A DNA stretch of 63,236 nucleotides, the filler included, from Dimorphilus gyrociliatus (taxonomy: Eukaryota; Animalia; Annelida): assembly GCA_904063045.1 (NCBI GenBank). It is 4 parts of 4 records of this genome, joined end to end, with 100 filler letters (N's around TTAATTAATTAA, not from the genome) between each part and the next. Parts side by side here need not be neighbours in the genome. Positions count along the whole stretch, not along the records: positions 9,450 to 28,230 come from CAJFCJ010000222.1; 3 more parts are not named here. One strand, written 5' to 3'. Position 1 is the stretch's first letter; each line of letters opens with the position of its first letter. Shown in pieces: positions 11,487 through 21,269 of this stretch. The translations under genes and the position numbers were made by a program. The notes beneath the pieces are model-generated. The model was given only the letters and a program-made list of their open reading frames with translations, ran no database searches and had not been told where the DNA came from.

Positions 11487-12368
11487 AAAGCATTTAATTA
11501 AACATCAACTTACATAAAAAACTCATCAACTAACTATCAAAGAAAATTTTCAGCAAACATCAACTAAAGCATCTGGGGATATATCCCACCTTACCTTTCC
11601 AGGCATTGGTTCTCGGAGGTCTAAAGTTTAACTCTCCTGATTAGAAAGGCTATAAGCCCTTCTCTTCAGGATAGCTTGAAGATACCTGGCTGTTGAGGCC
11701 AGGACCAAATAACACCGAGGACTATCGGCATCCCGCTCCCCTCCTAGGAGCACCCGACTGTGGTATCACGATCGAGGTTTTTGTTAAGTATTGAGGAGTA
11801 TATTTCTATACTCCTCCTATCCTCTTCGTATCCAGGACAATCAAGAAGTAGGTGATAGATATCTTCTCTACTCCTCTCTTGCACACTGGACACTTAGAGT
11901 AAAATTCACTGGATACCTTTCCTAGCATGACTAGGCGAGGTACAAAGTGGAATGCTCCTGCCCTCAACTTGAGGAGAGCATACCATCCAGCGCCTCTGTA
12001 CCTCAAGGATGCTCTGGGCACGTTCACATCAGCGACTCGCCACCTATCTCTCATCCTTGAGATAACGCTAGAGTGTCTAGCGATTTTCCTACTCTCCAGA
12101 CTCCGCTTGGCAATAGAAGGAGCTTGCCTTGCCTCACTGTCCAGTGCAGTAGGCGCATACCTTTTGAGCCATCGGGTTGTACGCGTCACCCATGTTGTTT
12201 TCTTTGCTTTTATAGGGTTCAATGAAGCTACTCATGTATGTACGTGAGTATCTCCACTTCCTATAGGCTCTGGTTCGCATCCTGGCAGCGAACACATCGA
12301 CCATCTTCATGCATAAGTCCTTATACATTGATAGTCTATTGAACATCTTGAGACATTCATTGCCATTG

Positions 12369-13256
12369 CTACTCCATTGTCCATGATCCTCTGTAGTTCT
12401 TCTGCATCGAGTGGAGTTCATACCAATCATTTCTACCACCATAGGTTACGATTGGCATGAGCACTCCTCTGAGGACCCGTACCTTGTGGTACATTCCAAT
12501 GGAGGGATTGCGCAAAGTGTTTGACACTGGGAGCAGTGCCAATCGACCCTGCTCCACTCTCCTGTCTAGATGAGCATCGTCACCCAGGTCATTGGATATC
12601 TGGATACCAAGGTAGGTATAGGACTGCACCATCGGAATCACTTGATTACCATAGTGTATGTCACCATCTACCAGTGGCTGGGACGCTCCTACTATCATGT
12701 AGCCACTCTTGGCGACATTGACACCCATCCCCCATTTGATACACCACTGTTGTAGTTTAATAAGGTTGAATGCCATATCCTCAGCGCTTTCTGCTAGCAG
12801 TACGGTGTCGTCGGCGAAGAGCAGTCCAGGTACTCTTTCAGCCAACCCATCTACCTCTACACCTCTCATTCCTGAGAAAATGTCATTAATATAGAGGTTG
12901 AATAGGAGGGGAGAGAGTGGGCAGCCTTGTCTCAACCCCACAGTATAGTCGAAGCTATCTGTCACGGAGTCCCCTATTCGTACTCTACACTGCACATTCC
13001 TGTACAGTCTCCTAACAAATGCGCGGTAGCATGCAGAGACTCCAATATCTGCCATCTTACCAAGCAGTTTATCGTGAGGCACCATGTCATAGGCTTTCTT
13101 AAAGTCTATGAATACTACAAAGGTGTCCTTACCTTTTATTTTTCTTCTCTTTAGAAGCTCTGTGAGTGTGGATGCTTGTGTTACGCATTCCTCGAGACTT
13201 CTGAATCCTGCCTGGTATCTACCTAGGAGATTATTCTCTTCCACCTCTTGTCTCAT
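12369..13256 (-). CDS. LINE ORF2 reverse transcriptase core (fragment)
   Basis: QAGFRSLEECVTQ, VVFIDFKKAYDMV, GLRQGCPLSPLLFNLYINDI, GLLFADDTVLL. Confidence 0.95.
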   Translation of the reverse strand: MRQEVEENNLLGRYQAGFRSLEECVTQASTLTELLKRRKIKGKDTFVVFIDFKKAYDMVPHDKLLGKMADIGVSACYRAFVRRLYRNVQCRVRIGDSVTDSFDYTVGLRQGCPLSPLLFNLYINDIFSGMRGVEVDGLAERVPGLLFADDTVLLAESAEDMAFNLIKLQQWCIKWGMGVNVAKSGYMIVGASQPLVDGDIHYGNQVIPMVQSYTYLGIQISNDLGDDAHLDRRVEQGRLALLPVSNTLRNPSIGMYHKVRVLRGVLMPIVTYGGRNDWYELHSMQKNYRGSWTME

Positions 13257-13934
13257 TTTTATTTCTACTATCTTAGTAGCAATCTTGAGCTGGGAAGAGA
13301 TTAAGGAGATCCCCTGTAGTTGGAGGGATTGCTCCTCTCTCCTTTCTTGAAGATAGGAACAATGATGCTCACATTGTCCCTAGAGGGAATGTCTTGGTTA
13401 ATCAGTTCATTCATCTGAGAAACCATTGCTTTAGCCATTAAGCTACTTCCCTCTCTATCACCCTCCAGGAGCTTGTAGAACTCTGATGGTATCTCGTCTG
13501 CTCCTGGCGCCTTGTTTCGCGGTGTTACTTTGGTTGCTAAACGTACTTCAGGCCATTTTACGGTGATAGATCCTTGTATTACTGGGATGTCTCTATATTG
13601 ACCTTGTGAGAGTGACTTGAAGTAGCTGTACCAGGAGTTTAGGATTTGCTCCTTGGTGACTGCTAGCTTATTAGTCTGTGGATCTCTGATAGCAGCATTA
13701 CTGACTGCACCTCTTACAGCTCCTCTGAGGGAGTTGATCCACCTCCACATGTCCCGAGACCTGTTGGCAGTCGTAAGGTCTATGCCTTTCTGGACATACC
13801 TATCCCAGTTTTTTTTCGACAGGCTAGTATGAGTTTTTTGGATCTAGTCCATAGTTCCTCATACTTAGCTTTGTCTTCTTCAGTGTTCAGTCCTGATGCT
13901 CTCAGCCTCCTTCGCTGGTCAATGCATCTGATTG

Positions 13935-15026
13935 TCACCTTGTCGAGGATAACTGACCTCTTCTCCTTTTGAAGTCAGAGAGGTTGAGGTTATTCAGCAT
14001 CCTCTTTGCAGTGGGCACCATCTCTGGTTCATCTGTCCAGTGCTTATGATGGATGATCCTTTCCCACTGCTGGGCCATTCTTTTCCTGCTTACTATACTC
14101 TTTGGCTGTTCAGCAGGTACTTGCCGCCCTGTGATCTTGATTAGAACTGGCTTATGATCAGACAGATCCCAGTTCTCGACCACTTGTTGACTAACAGGGC
14201 TTTCGCCTTTAGTCTGGACGAGGAAGTCTATCGGAAATCCTCGTCTGTTCCCGTCGACTCTCCATCGAGTCCTCCTCGTCATGGTGAGAATTTCAGGGGT
14301 AGCAAGGGGTATTTGCTCCGCTAATAACCGCTTCTGCACAGTCTCAGGCTTGGAGTTCCAGTCCCCTACAGTGACTACCTCATCAAACCGATCCTTGTGC
14401 TTCCTCAGCAACGCACCAAGTCTCTTGTATGCCTGCTTGCGGTTATCGAGTCCGTGAGGAATGTATACATTGATGCACAGTACCTTCTTAGGTCTTGTGT
14501 CAAGAGCAACTGCTATGAAATTGCTATCTACATGGATTAGGGTGGACTGGTTCCTAATCCGGTTCCTGACAGCAAGGAAGAGTCCTCGCTTGCCCAGATC
14601 ATCCTCTTTGTCTGAGGAGTATATGGTGTAGCCACCTACTTTAGGTGTTCTGCCTGCCCATAGAGTCTCCTGTATGGCTACAATGTCAGGCTTCTCGCGC
14701 GACAAGTATAGCCATATTTCAGACAATTTGGTTCGGAAGCCATTGATGTTATAGCTAAGGATCTTGAGAGTTTCAATCTCTTGCTTACAACATTGTATGG
14801 TCTTACTCCGACCCATGGTGGACTCTTTGATCCACCAATTCTCTCTTCTAGCTAAGGCCTTTAGCCTATCATTGCTACAAAGAGGCTGTTTGTTGACTAT
14901 TACATCTAGTCTTTGGCAACCATTTGGTTGCCTTATTCGCTTCACCTTGGCCTGCTTGAGGCCGAAGGTGTTTTCAAGCTTGGAGCTCACCAGGTCCCTT
15001 TGACCATGGGAGCTCCCCACAAACAA
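13935..15026 (-). CDS. LINE apurinic endonuclease-like domain preceded by an RRM-like segment
   Basis: LKILSYNINGFRTK, DIVAIQETLW, INVYIP, VGDWNS, IDFLV, SDHKPV are exo-endo-phos motifs. Confidence 0.9.
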   Translation of the reverse strand: MFVGSSHGQRDLVSSKLENTFGLKQAKVKRIRQPNGCQRLDVIVNKQPLCSNDRLKALARRENWWIKESTMGRSKTIQCCKQEIETLKILSYNINGFRTKLSEIWLYLSREKPDIVAIQETLWAGRTPKVGGYTIYSSDKEDDLGKRGLFLAVRNRIRNQSTLIHVDSNFIAVALDTRPKKVLCINVYIPHGLDNRKQAYKRLGALLRKHKDRFDEVVTVGDWNSKPETVQKRLLAEQIPLATPEILTMTRRTRWRVDGNRRGFPIDFLVQTKGESPVSQQVVENWDLSDHKPVLIKITGRQVPAEQPKSIVSRKRMAQQWERIIHHKHWTDEPEMVPTAKRMLNNLNLSDFKRRRGQLSSTR

Positions 15027-15087
15027 TACTTTCTTCCAGTCTCTAGGCTCTTATTCCCAGCCCCTGGTAAGCCAGGCTGGCGGCCAT

Positions 15088-16070
15088 TCATGATCGTCGG
15101 GCTGAGTCAACCTTCTCAGCCCGGTAAAAGAACCTTTCTGGGTTCTCTAGAACCCCTTCAGGGCTGGCCTTATCCAACACCCTGGAGAATGCTATGTTTG
15201 GGCCTCTTTGGCCCATCAAATAGACATTGTGGCTCCTCGCCCTTCGGAGCCACTCTTCGAGCTGGGCCCCTTTTGGGTGCCTCAGCATAACGAAGCCTTC
15301 ATTGACCAGAGCAGCATAAACCCTCTTTATTGTGAGGTTAGCTGCTCTGATCTCCAGCTTGTCCATCCATGTCCTCACCTGACAGGTCATGGATATTCTT
15401 ATTTTCTTTCTTTAGAATATCCATCACCTGTTCAGGTGAGGTAAAGACTGGTACCTGCAGATATGCATACTTCCAGTATGACTTCATATCTGAAGGCACC
15501 AGGCCCTTCTTTGTCATTTTTTTAGTATTCTTTGCACCTATTACTTTTTTACTTTGGTTTTTACTATTTTTTTTTATCTCTCTTTTTTTTATTTCCTATT
15601 TTTTTTACTTTTTTTTTTATTATTTTTTTTTCATTTTTTTTCATTTCTTTTTTTACGCTGCAATTTATTTTAGTATTTTTTTTTGTACTATTTTTCATGA
15701 GGAAGGAGTCTAGATCACTTATGAAGTCATCTAGACTCATTTCCTTCTTTATTTTTTTTATGGTTGTCCTAGAAGAGGAGGGACTTTTCCTCTTCATAGG
15801 TTTTATAGTCTTATGATTTTTTTCCTCATTTTTTTTATTATCAACATTTTTTACTTTGTTTTTTTTATTATAAATTTTTTTTTCTTTATTTTTTTTATTA
15901 TTAATAGTTTTTTTTTCCTTTTTTTTAATTTTATCCTGTTTTACTTTCAGGACCTCCAAAGCTTTCTGAAGGCGGCTAATGTTAAACATTAGCTCTTTTT
16001 CTCTCGTTTCATTGTACTTTTTTTTGTTTTTTAGTAAGATATTCTTCCTAGATTGGATTACCCCTTGCAT
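15088..16070 (-). CDS. Putative LINE ORF1: Lys-rich coiled-coil N-terminus plus a GC-richer C-terminal part (two frameshifts)
   Basis: MQGVIQSRK... (ATG 16070) joins through a single-base shift in the A-run near 15566 to MTKKGLVPSDMKSYWKYAYLQVP, then +1 near 15405 to the ORF at 15088-15390. Confidence 0.5.
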
Positions 16071-16099
16071 TGCATTACTCAAAAAATTTTTTTTTAAAA

Positions 16100-17205
16100 T
16101 AAAAGCATTTAATAAACACATAACCTACATAAAAACTCACCACTACTGCAAAAAAAAAAAAAAAAAAAAATAAACATACAATAAAAAACTCACCACTACT
16201 GCTAAGAAAAAGTTTCAGCTACACATCTACTAAAGCATCTGGGGATATATCCCACCTTACCTTCCAGGCATTGGTTCTCGGAGGTCTTGAGGAATGGCTA
16301 TTACCACTCCCCACAGTTTGCGGACAGGTCTGCTCCCTTCAGAGCTAGCACCCACCCATTCCACATACACCTTGCGGTGCCTGCAGCGCGACACCTGTGC
16401 ATCTCGAGTTACGGCAACAGCTGCACAGGCCACCGAGGACTATCGGCATCCCGTTCCCCTCCTAGGAACACCTCCATCCAGCTACCCGAAGACAGAGGTT
16501 TTTAGTTGTTGGTTTGACTCTTAGCTACTCATAATCACTGCTTACTGGACTTAGGTCTCTGCCAGTTATACTCAACATCTACACTTCAATCAGCTTGCCT
16601 ATCTTCATGGCAAGGAGCTTAATCATTGCATCTCCATTCCTAACTAGTTCTGGCGAGCGGGTCCAGCTAGGCCATCCAGATACCTCTTCTATTGCCAGAC
16701 TCCGCTATGATAACTGCCTCTACATGGTACTCCTGCCGACCACTTCTACTTTGTTTGCGGCGCTGACCTAGGCAGGGTCTGGGGCGTTCCTTTGCTTGGG
16801 CAATCCCCGGCCGTGGGTCGTGAGGACTTCGACCCAGTCGTGCAGATACCTTCCCATCCTGAGTGATCCTACCGTCCCTGTGTCAGGGGTGTCTACTCAT
16901 ACCCAACCACAGGCAGGCTCACTGACTTCCCTGTCTCTGCCCCATACACAAGCCTTCACTAAGCTCTTCAGCTCATCTGCCTTCGAGTCCCTGCATGGTA
17001 CTCTGCACACCCCACCTCACTACTAGTCACGCATCCTACTACGCTAGTTTTATAGTATCTTACCAAGGAGTATCCTCACAGTATGACTCAGACCCAGATA
17101 GATTGTGGGTATCTGGGGGTGCCTAGTATCCATGCTTGCACTGTCATTAGCCGTCTCCCGACGTTACCAAGACGAACCACGTGGAGGTTACAGTGCTGTC
17201 GTCTC
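16100..17205 (-). mobile_element. Non-autonomous (SINE/SIDE-like) element: 5' HDV-like ribozyme, ~650-nt non-coding body, 3' tail shared with the adjacent LINE
   Basis: Blocks 16431-16472 vs 11713-11754 (40/42 identical) and 16229-16287 vs 11563-11622 (one indel), plus a similar U-rich tail ending ...TTAAATGCTTT; no intact ORF. Confidence 0.7.
17138..17205 (-). ncRNA. HDV-like (CPEB3/R2-type) self-cleaving ribozyme
   Basis: P1 GAGACGA/UCGUCUU with G1.U wobble; P2 GCACUGU/ACAGUGC; P3 ACC/GGU; L3 UCCACGU; P1.1 CC/GG; P4 CGUC-GGGA-GACG; J4/2 GCUAAU containing the catalytic C (plus-strand position 17150). Confidence 0.88.
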
Positions 17206-17259
17206 CACCATGCGTTCATTTTATCTCTCTAGATAAGCTTTCAATTTCTACAATGTGTA

Positions 17260-17516
17260 GGATAGAACGACGGTAAGGACTGCGCCGTGCCTCAAATGCT
17301 CGCTTGCGCTCGCACCTTACAGCAGGCCGTCCATGTCGTGTCGTTTTCACGTCCGCCTTCCGACCTTGGGCCCGGTTTCTAGCTTAGAGGCTTTCAGCTA
17401 TACTCCGGTAGACGTAGCTCCGCGACATGCCCGTCCGGACAATCGCTCCACCAGTGGTCTCATAGGTCCTTCCTTTCGTACTACTCCCTACTCCCCGCAG
17501 TCGTCTGTAGGTAGGA

Positions 17517-17563
<47 letters not shown>

Positions 17564-18148
17564 ATTAGTGGGTGAACAATCCAACACTTCGGCGCTCCTG
17601 CACGCCGATGGTAGGAAGAGCCGACATCGAAGAATCAAAAAGCCGCGTCGCTTTCTGCGCTCGACGGCCACAAGCCAGTTATCCCTGCGGTAACTTTTCT
17701 GTCACCCACCTCACAACTGCGGTGTCAAGGTGGGATCCCTAGGCCTGGGTTTCCCCGCACGTACTCATCATCGTACGCTCAAGCACTCTCAAGCCCTTAT
17801 GCTCCACGCGGGTTTTCCCGTCCCGCTGCGAGTACCTTCGGTCAGCTGCGTTCTGCTCCTGCAGCTGTGCCGCCCCAGCCAAACAGTCCATCTAGCATCC
17901 ATCCCCAAGGGTGTGCCATGAGCTCCGACGCGTAGTGGTCTTTCACTTCCGCGTTGCCGCTCCCACCTCCCTACATCACGTCGCAGCTCACCGCTCTGCT
18001 ACACTACTGTGAAGCTCAACAGGGTCTTCTTTCCCCGCCTACATCGCCAAGCCCGTTCCCTTGGCACGTGGGTTCGCTAGTCTGCAGGTAGGGACAGTGG
18101 GAATCTCGTCTTTCCATTCATGCGCGTCACCAATTAAGTGACGAGGCG

Positions 18149-18187
<39 letters not shown>

Positions 18188-19898
18188 GACCCGCGCTTAA
18201 GAGAGTCTCCTCTCCTTCACGTAACGAGCACCGGGCAGAAATCACTTCGTATCCCTTCACGAAGCTATGTTTTTATTAAACAGTCAGATTCCCCATGCCA
18301 CCTTGAGTTCCATAAGAACCAACACTTCTCCCGAAGTTACGCATCCATTTTGCCGAATTCCCTTACCTGCGTTCAACATACGCCAGAGGCTTCTCACCTT
18401 GGAGACCTGTCGCGGTTTAAGTACGGTCCCGGGGCCCGCTCGCGCGTCCTTTTCACTGCTGGGCCCGGCGGCCGCAGGGTCGCCCCTTGCCAGCGGCCCG
18501 CGCCCTTCGCTGACTGACTCATCTCCACGCGCGCGCCGCACGCACCAGAGCCGGATGCTCTGCGCGGCCGGACGGCCCATGTCGAACGCCCGATCTCCCG
18601 TCGCCGCTCGGCCCCGAGGGATAGGACTCTTAACCTATTTCTCTTTCGCTACAGACCGTGCTCCGTCGCTTAGCACCGCCTCACTCCCTTCTGATCTACA
18701 TCGCCAGGGAAAACCTTCTCCTCCTCGGCCTTCGCCATTCTCAGACGAATTACAACTACTGCCACCAAGATAAGCGCTGCCGGCACCTCCACCGCACCTC
18801 GCAGTGCGCCTTCCACAGTCCCGGCACGCCCCCCTACCCGCGGGCGCGCATCGGTCGACGCGTCAGCACCGTCAATTTTAGGGCCAGCTGAATTCCGTAG
18901 GTACGTTGTAACACGTTTCTTACCGGCTGCCGACTTTCATGGCCACCGCCCTACCGTCTTCATTCACCTACCGCCTTCCCTCTCTGCCACGCCGTTCGGT
19001 ACCTTATCGCGCCGCCAGGTTGAATCCTCTTCGCCAGTCCTGCTTACCAAAACAAGCCCACTACGCTCGTCCAAGTCCGCGCTGCGTATGCCACGCCGCG
19101 CTGAGCACGTTCGGAGTTCGTTCGTCGCCTTAAGGCTAAATGATCCTAGTTCTACCGCACTCCTCTTCCACTCGCGCGCTGTCCTGAGAGACATTTCGGG
19201 GGGAACCAGCTACCAGACTGTTCGATTGGTCTTTCGCCCCTACACCCAGTTGACGTCAAAGAGTTGCATATCATTACGACTCGCCACCTCCAGCGCATTT
19301 TCATCCGCCTTCGTAGCCACCAGGCATAGTTCACCAGTCTATCGGGTCTTAACCACGCCTCTCCACCGCTCTCGCGCGCGTCCGGGGCTCTCTCCCTTCC
19401 ACTCGCTGCGTAGTTAAACTCCTTGGTCCGTGTTTCAAGACGGGACCGACTCTGTCGGCTCCACATGCAATTTCACTTTTTCATCATATTCTGTCTTCGG
19501 TCACCCTACTAATACGCTATCGGTGTCCACCTGTATTTAGCCTTAGATGCGCACTGCCACCTCTTCACGCTGCACTACCGAGCAACGCTACTCACTTCCT
19601 AGCGCGGCGTCCCTACGGGGCTAACACCCTCTCAGGCCGGCCCTTCAAGGCTCGCTCGGGCCGCCGCTTCGCTGACATCTCGCCGGGGCGATTACACCGT
19701 CGGGCTCCTTCCTCTTCGCTCGCCGCTACTGGGGAAATCCTCGTTAGTTTCTTCTCCTCCCTTTACTCATATGCTTAAATCAGAGGGGTTCTCGTCACTA
19801 CTGACCATTCAGGCACGCGCCGTCCTCGCTGCCGCTCCGGCCTCGCTTCCTGCCGCGCCCTTCCTCGCCAGTGGACCCAAACGATCCCTTGCATGTGG
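17260..19898 (-). rRNA. Microsporidian LSU rRNA with the 5.8S-equivalent fused at the 5' end (~2.6 kb)
   Basis: Conserved LSU motifs on the minus strand (GATTTAAGCATAT, TGACTCTCTTAAGGTAGCCAAA, GCTGGGTTTAGACCGTCGTGAGACAGGTTAG). 5' start ACATGCAAGGGATCGTTTGG with no ITS2. Both ends approximate. Confidence 0.95.
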
Positions 19899-19919
19899 CT
19901 CTTCTATCTCCATTCCTCG
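19899..19919 (-). other. Very short single ITS (~20 nt)
   Basis: Lies between the SSU 3' end (..GTTGGATCA) and the LSU 5' motif. Confidence 0.7.
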
Positions 19920-21269
19920 CTGATCCAACGACAGGTTCTCCTACCGTTGCCTTGTTACGACTTGTATCAGATCTAGAACCCTGCGCTCACTCACTCGTTG
20001 TTCGTTCGCACCTGATTCCATCTTCGATAGCGACGGGCGGTGTGTACAAAGAACAGGGACTCATTCATCGCTCCATACTGAGACAGCGATTACTAGCAAT
20101 TCCTCGTTCCTGCGCCCCTTCCAGGGCACATTCCCTCTCGATCGCATTTCTCTCTCCTTCCTTCCTCCTGCGACCACTGTAGTGCGCGTGCAGCCCAGTC
20201 CATCTAAGGGCATCACTGACCTGTTCTTGACCCCTCCTTCCTGCGCTTGGCGCGCCAGTCACTCCGGTCGAGGGTCTCACTAATTACCAGACTTAACCCA
20301 AGGATCACTCCATTTGTCGTTAACGGCCATGCACCACTTTCCGACCTATCGCGTACCACGCTCATCCGGTCGTCGGCACTGGTAAGCTGTCCCGCGTTGA
20401 GTCAAATTAAGCCGCACACTCCACTCCTTGTGGTGTTCTTCCGTCAATTTCCTTTAAATTTATCGCTTGCGCGCGTACTCTCCCCGTAGCTCTACTCTAG
20501 ATTTCTCGTCCCCGTCACACTCGTAACAGGGCGTAAGCATCGTTAACTGCTGGAACTACTACGGTATCTAATCGTATTCGATACTCCAGCCTACGTCCTT
20601 GATCATCGGACTCGCCCCTGGCCAGCGCTTTCGCCTCAGTTTCTCCTAGGCAGGTCATCGAATTTCACCTCTAGCTGCCTAATAGACTGGCCCCTGGCCG
20701 CTCCTCATCCTCTACCGTTCTGGGACATTCCACCCCTTGATCGGATGTTTTATACACCAGTTGGCTAGGCAGACTACGGACCTTTTAATCGCAGCAAAAA
20801 TCATAGACACCCCTGGAGCTGGTATTACCGCGGATGCTGGCACCAGACTTGACCTCCAGTTACTAGCATCTTGTTTACAAATCCTTCTAAACAAACGTTT
20901 CTTCACTACCGCCCTGCTTGCAGGCTTCGGTAAGTTTCGTGCCTGCTGCCGTCCTTGGACCTGGTAGCCGTCTCTCAGGCTCCCTCTCCGGAATCAAACC
21001 CTAATTCCCCGTACCCGTATTCGTCTAAATAGGCCTTTACCCTACTTACTAACTGATGGGCTGACTTCTTACTCTCCGCCGCTCCGCTATACCTGTAGCC
21101 CACTGGCTACACGCCTTGCGTATTCCCCTCAGTTTCCCGAGGTTGTCCGCCCGCGCAGATCAAATCAAAGTCCGTTACTGAGCCGTACGCCGCTCCCCCG
21201 AAGGTTCGCTTACACATGCATGGCTAAATCTGTGAAACTAGCGTCCACGTCAGACAGAATCAATCTGAT
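19920..21269 (-). rRNA. Microsporidian SSU (16S-sized, ~1350 nt) rRNA
   Basis: 5' ATCAGATTGATTCTGTCTGACGTGG; GTGCCAGCATCCGCGGTAATACC; AAACTGTCCC-region motifs and 3' AAGTCGTAACAAGG...GGATCA; reduced length typical of Microsporidia. Confidence 0.96.

Larger units (their letters stand above)
11487..16070 (-). mobile_element. Non-LTR retrotransposon (APE-RT LINE) with ORF1, endonuclease, RT, C-terminal CCHC finger and 3' tail; several frameshifts
   Basis: APE (ILSYNINGFR...PDIVAIQET, GDWN, SDHKPV), RT (NPSNYRG, QAGFR, FIDFKKAYD, QGCPLSPLLF, LFADD, YTYLG) and CPVC..EDIYHLLLDCP after a frameshift. The 3' tail runs to the gap at 11486. Confidence 0.93.

Noticed and set aside
11563-11754. RNase P/MRP RNA or group I intron core in the shared tail (GAUAGUCCUCGG resembles MRP CR-I and group I S)
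   Set aside because: No matching CR-V or P7 partner in the required position; a retroelement 3' end explains it better.
12369-13256. Group II intron, retron or DGR reverse transcriptase
   Set aside because: The upstream APE domain, QGCPLSP/FADD motifs and C-terminal CCHC define a non-LTR retrotransposon.
16500-17020. Read-through or alternative-code ORF in the non-autonomous element body
   Set aside because: One frame has only a few stops over ~170 codons, but this is close to chance expectation and I recognise no domain.
18149-18162. R2 insertion in the LSU
   Set aside because: The target TTAAGG/TAGCCAAA is intact. The nearby LINE has an APE endonuclease rather than an R2-type restriction-like one, and it lies outside the LSU.
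17260-21269. The many 60-170-aa ORFs listed inside this interval
   Set aside because: They are chance frames in GC-rich rRNA genes.
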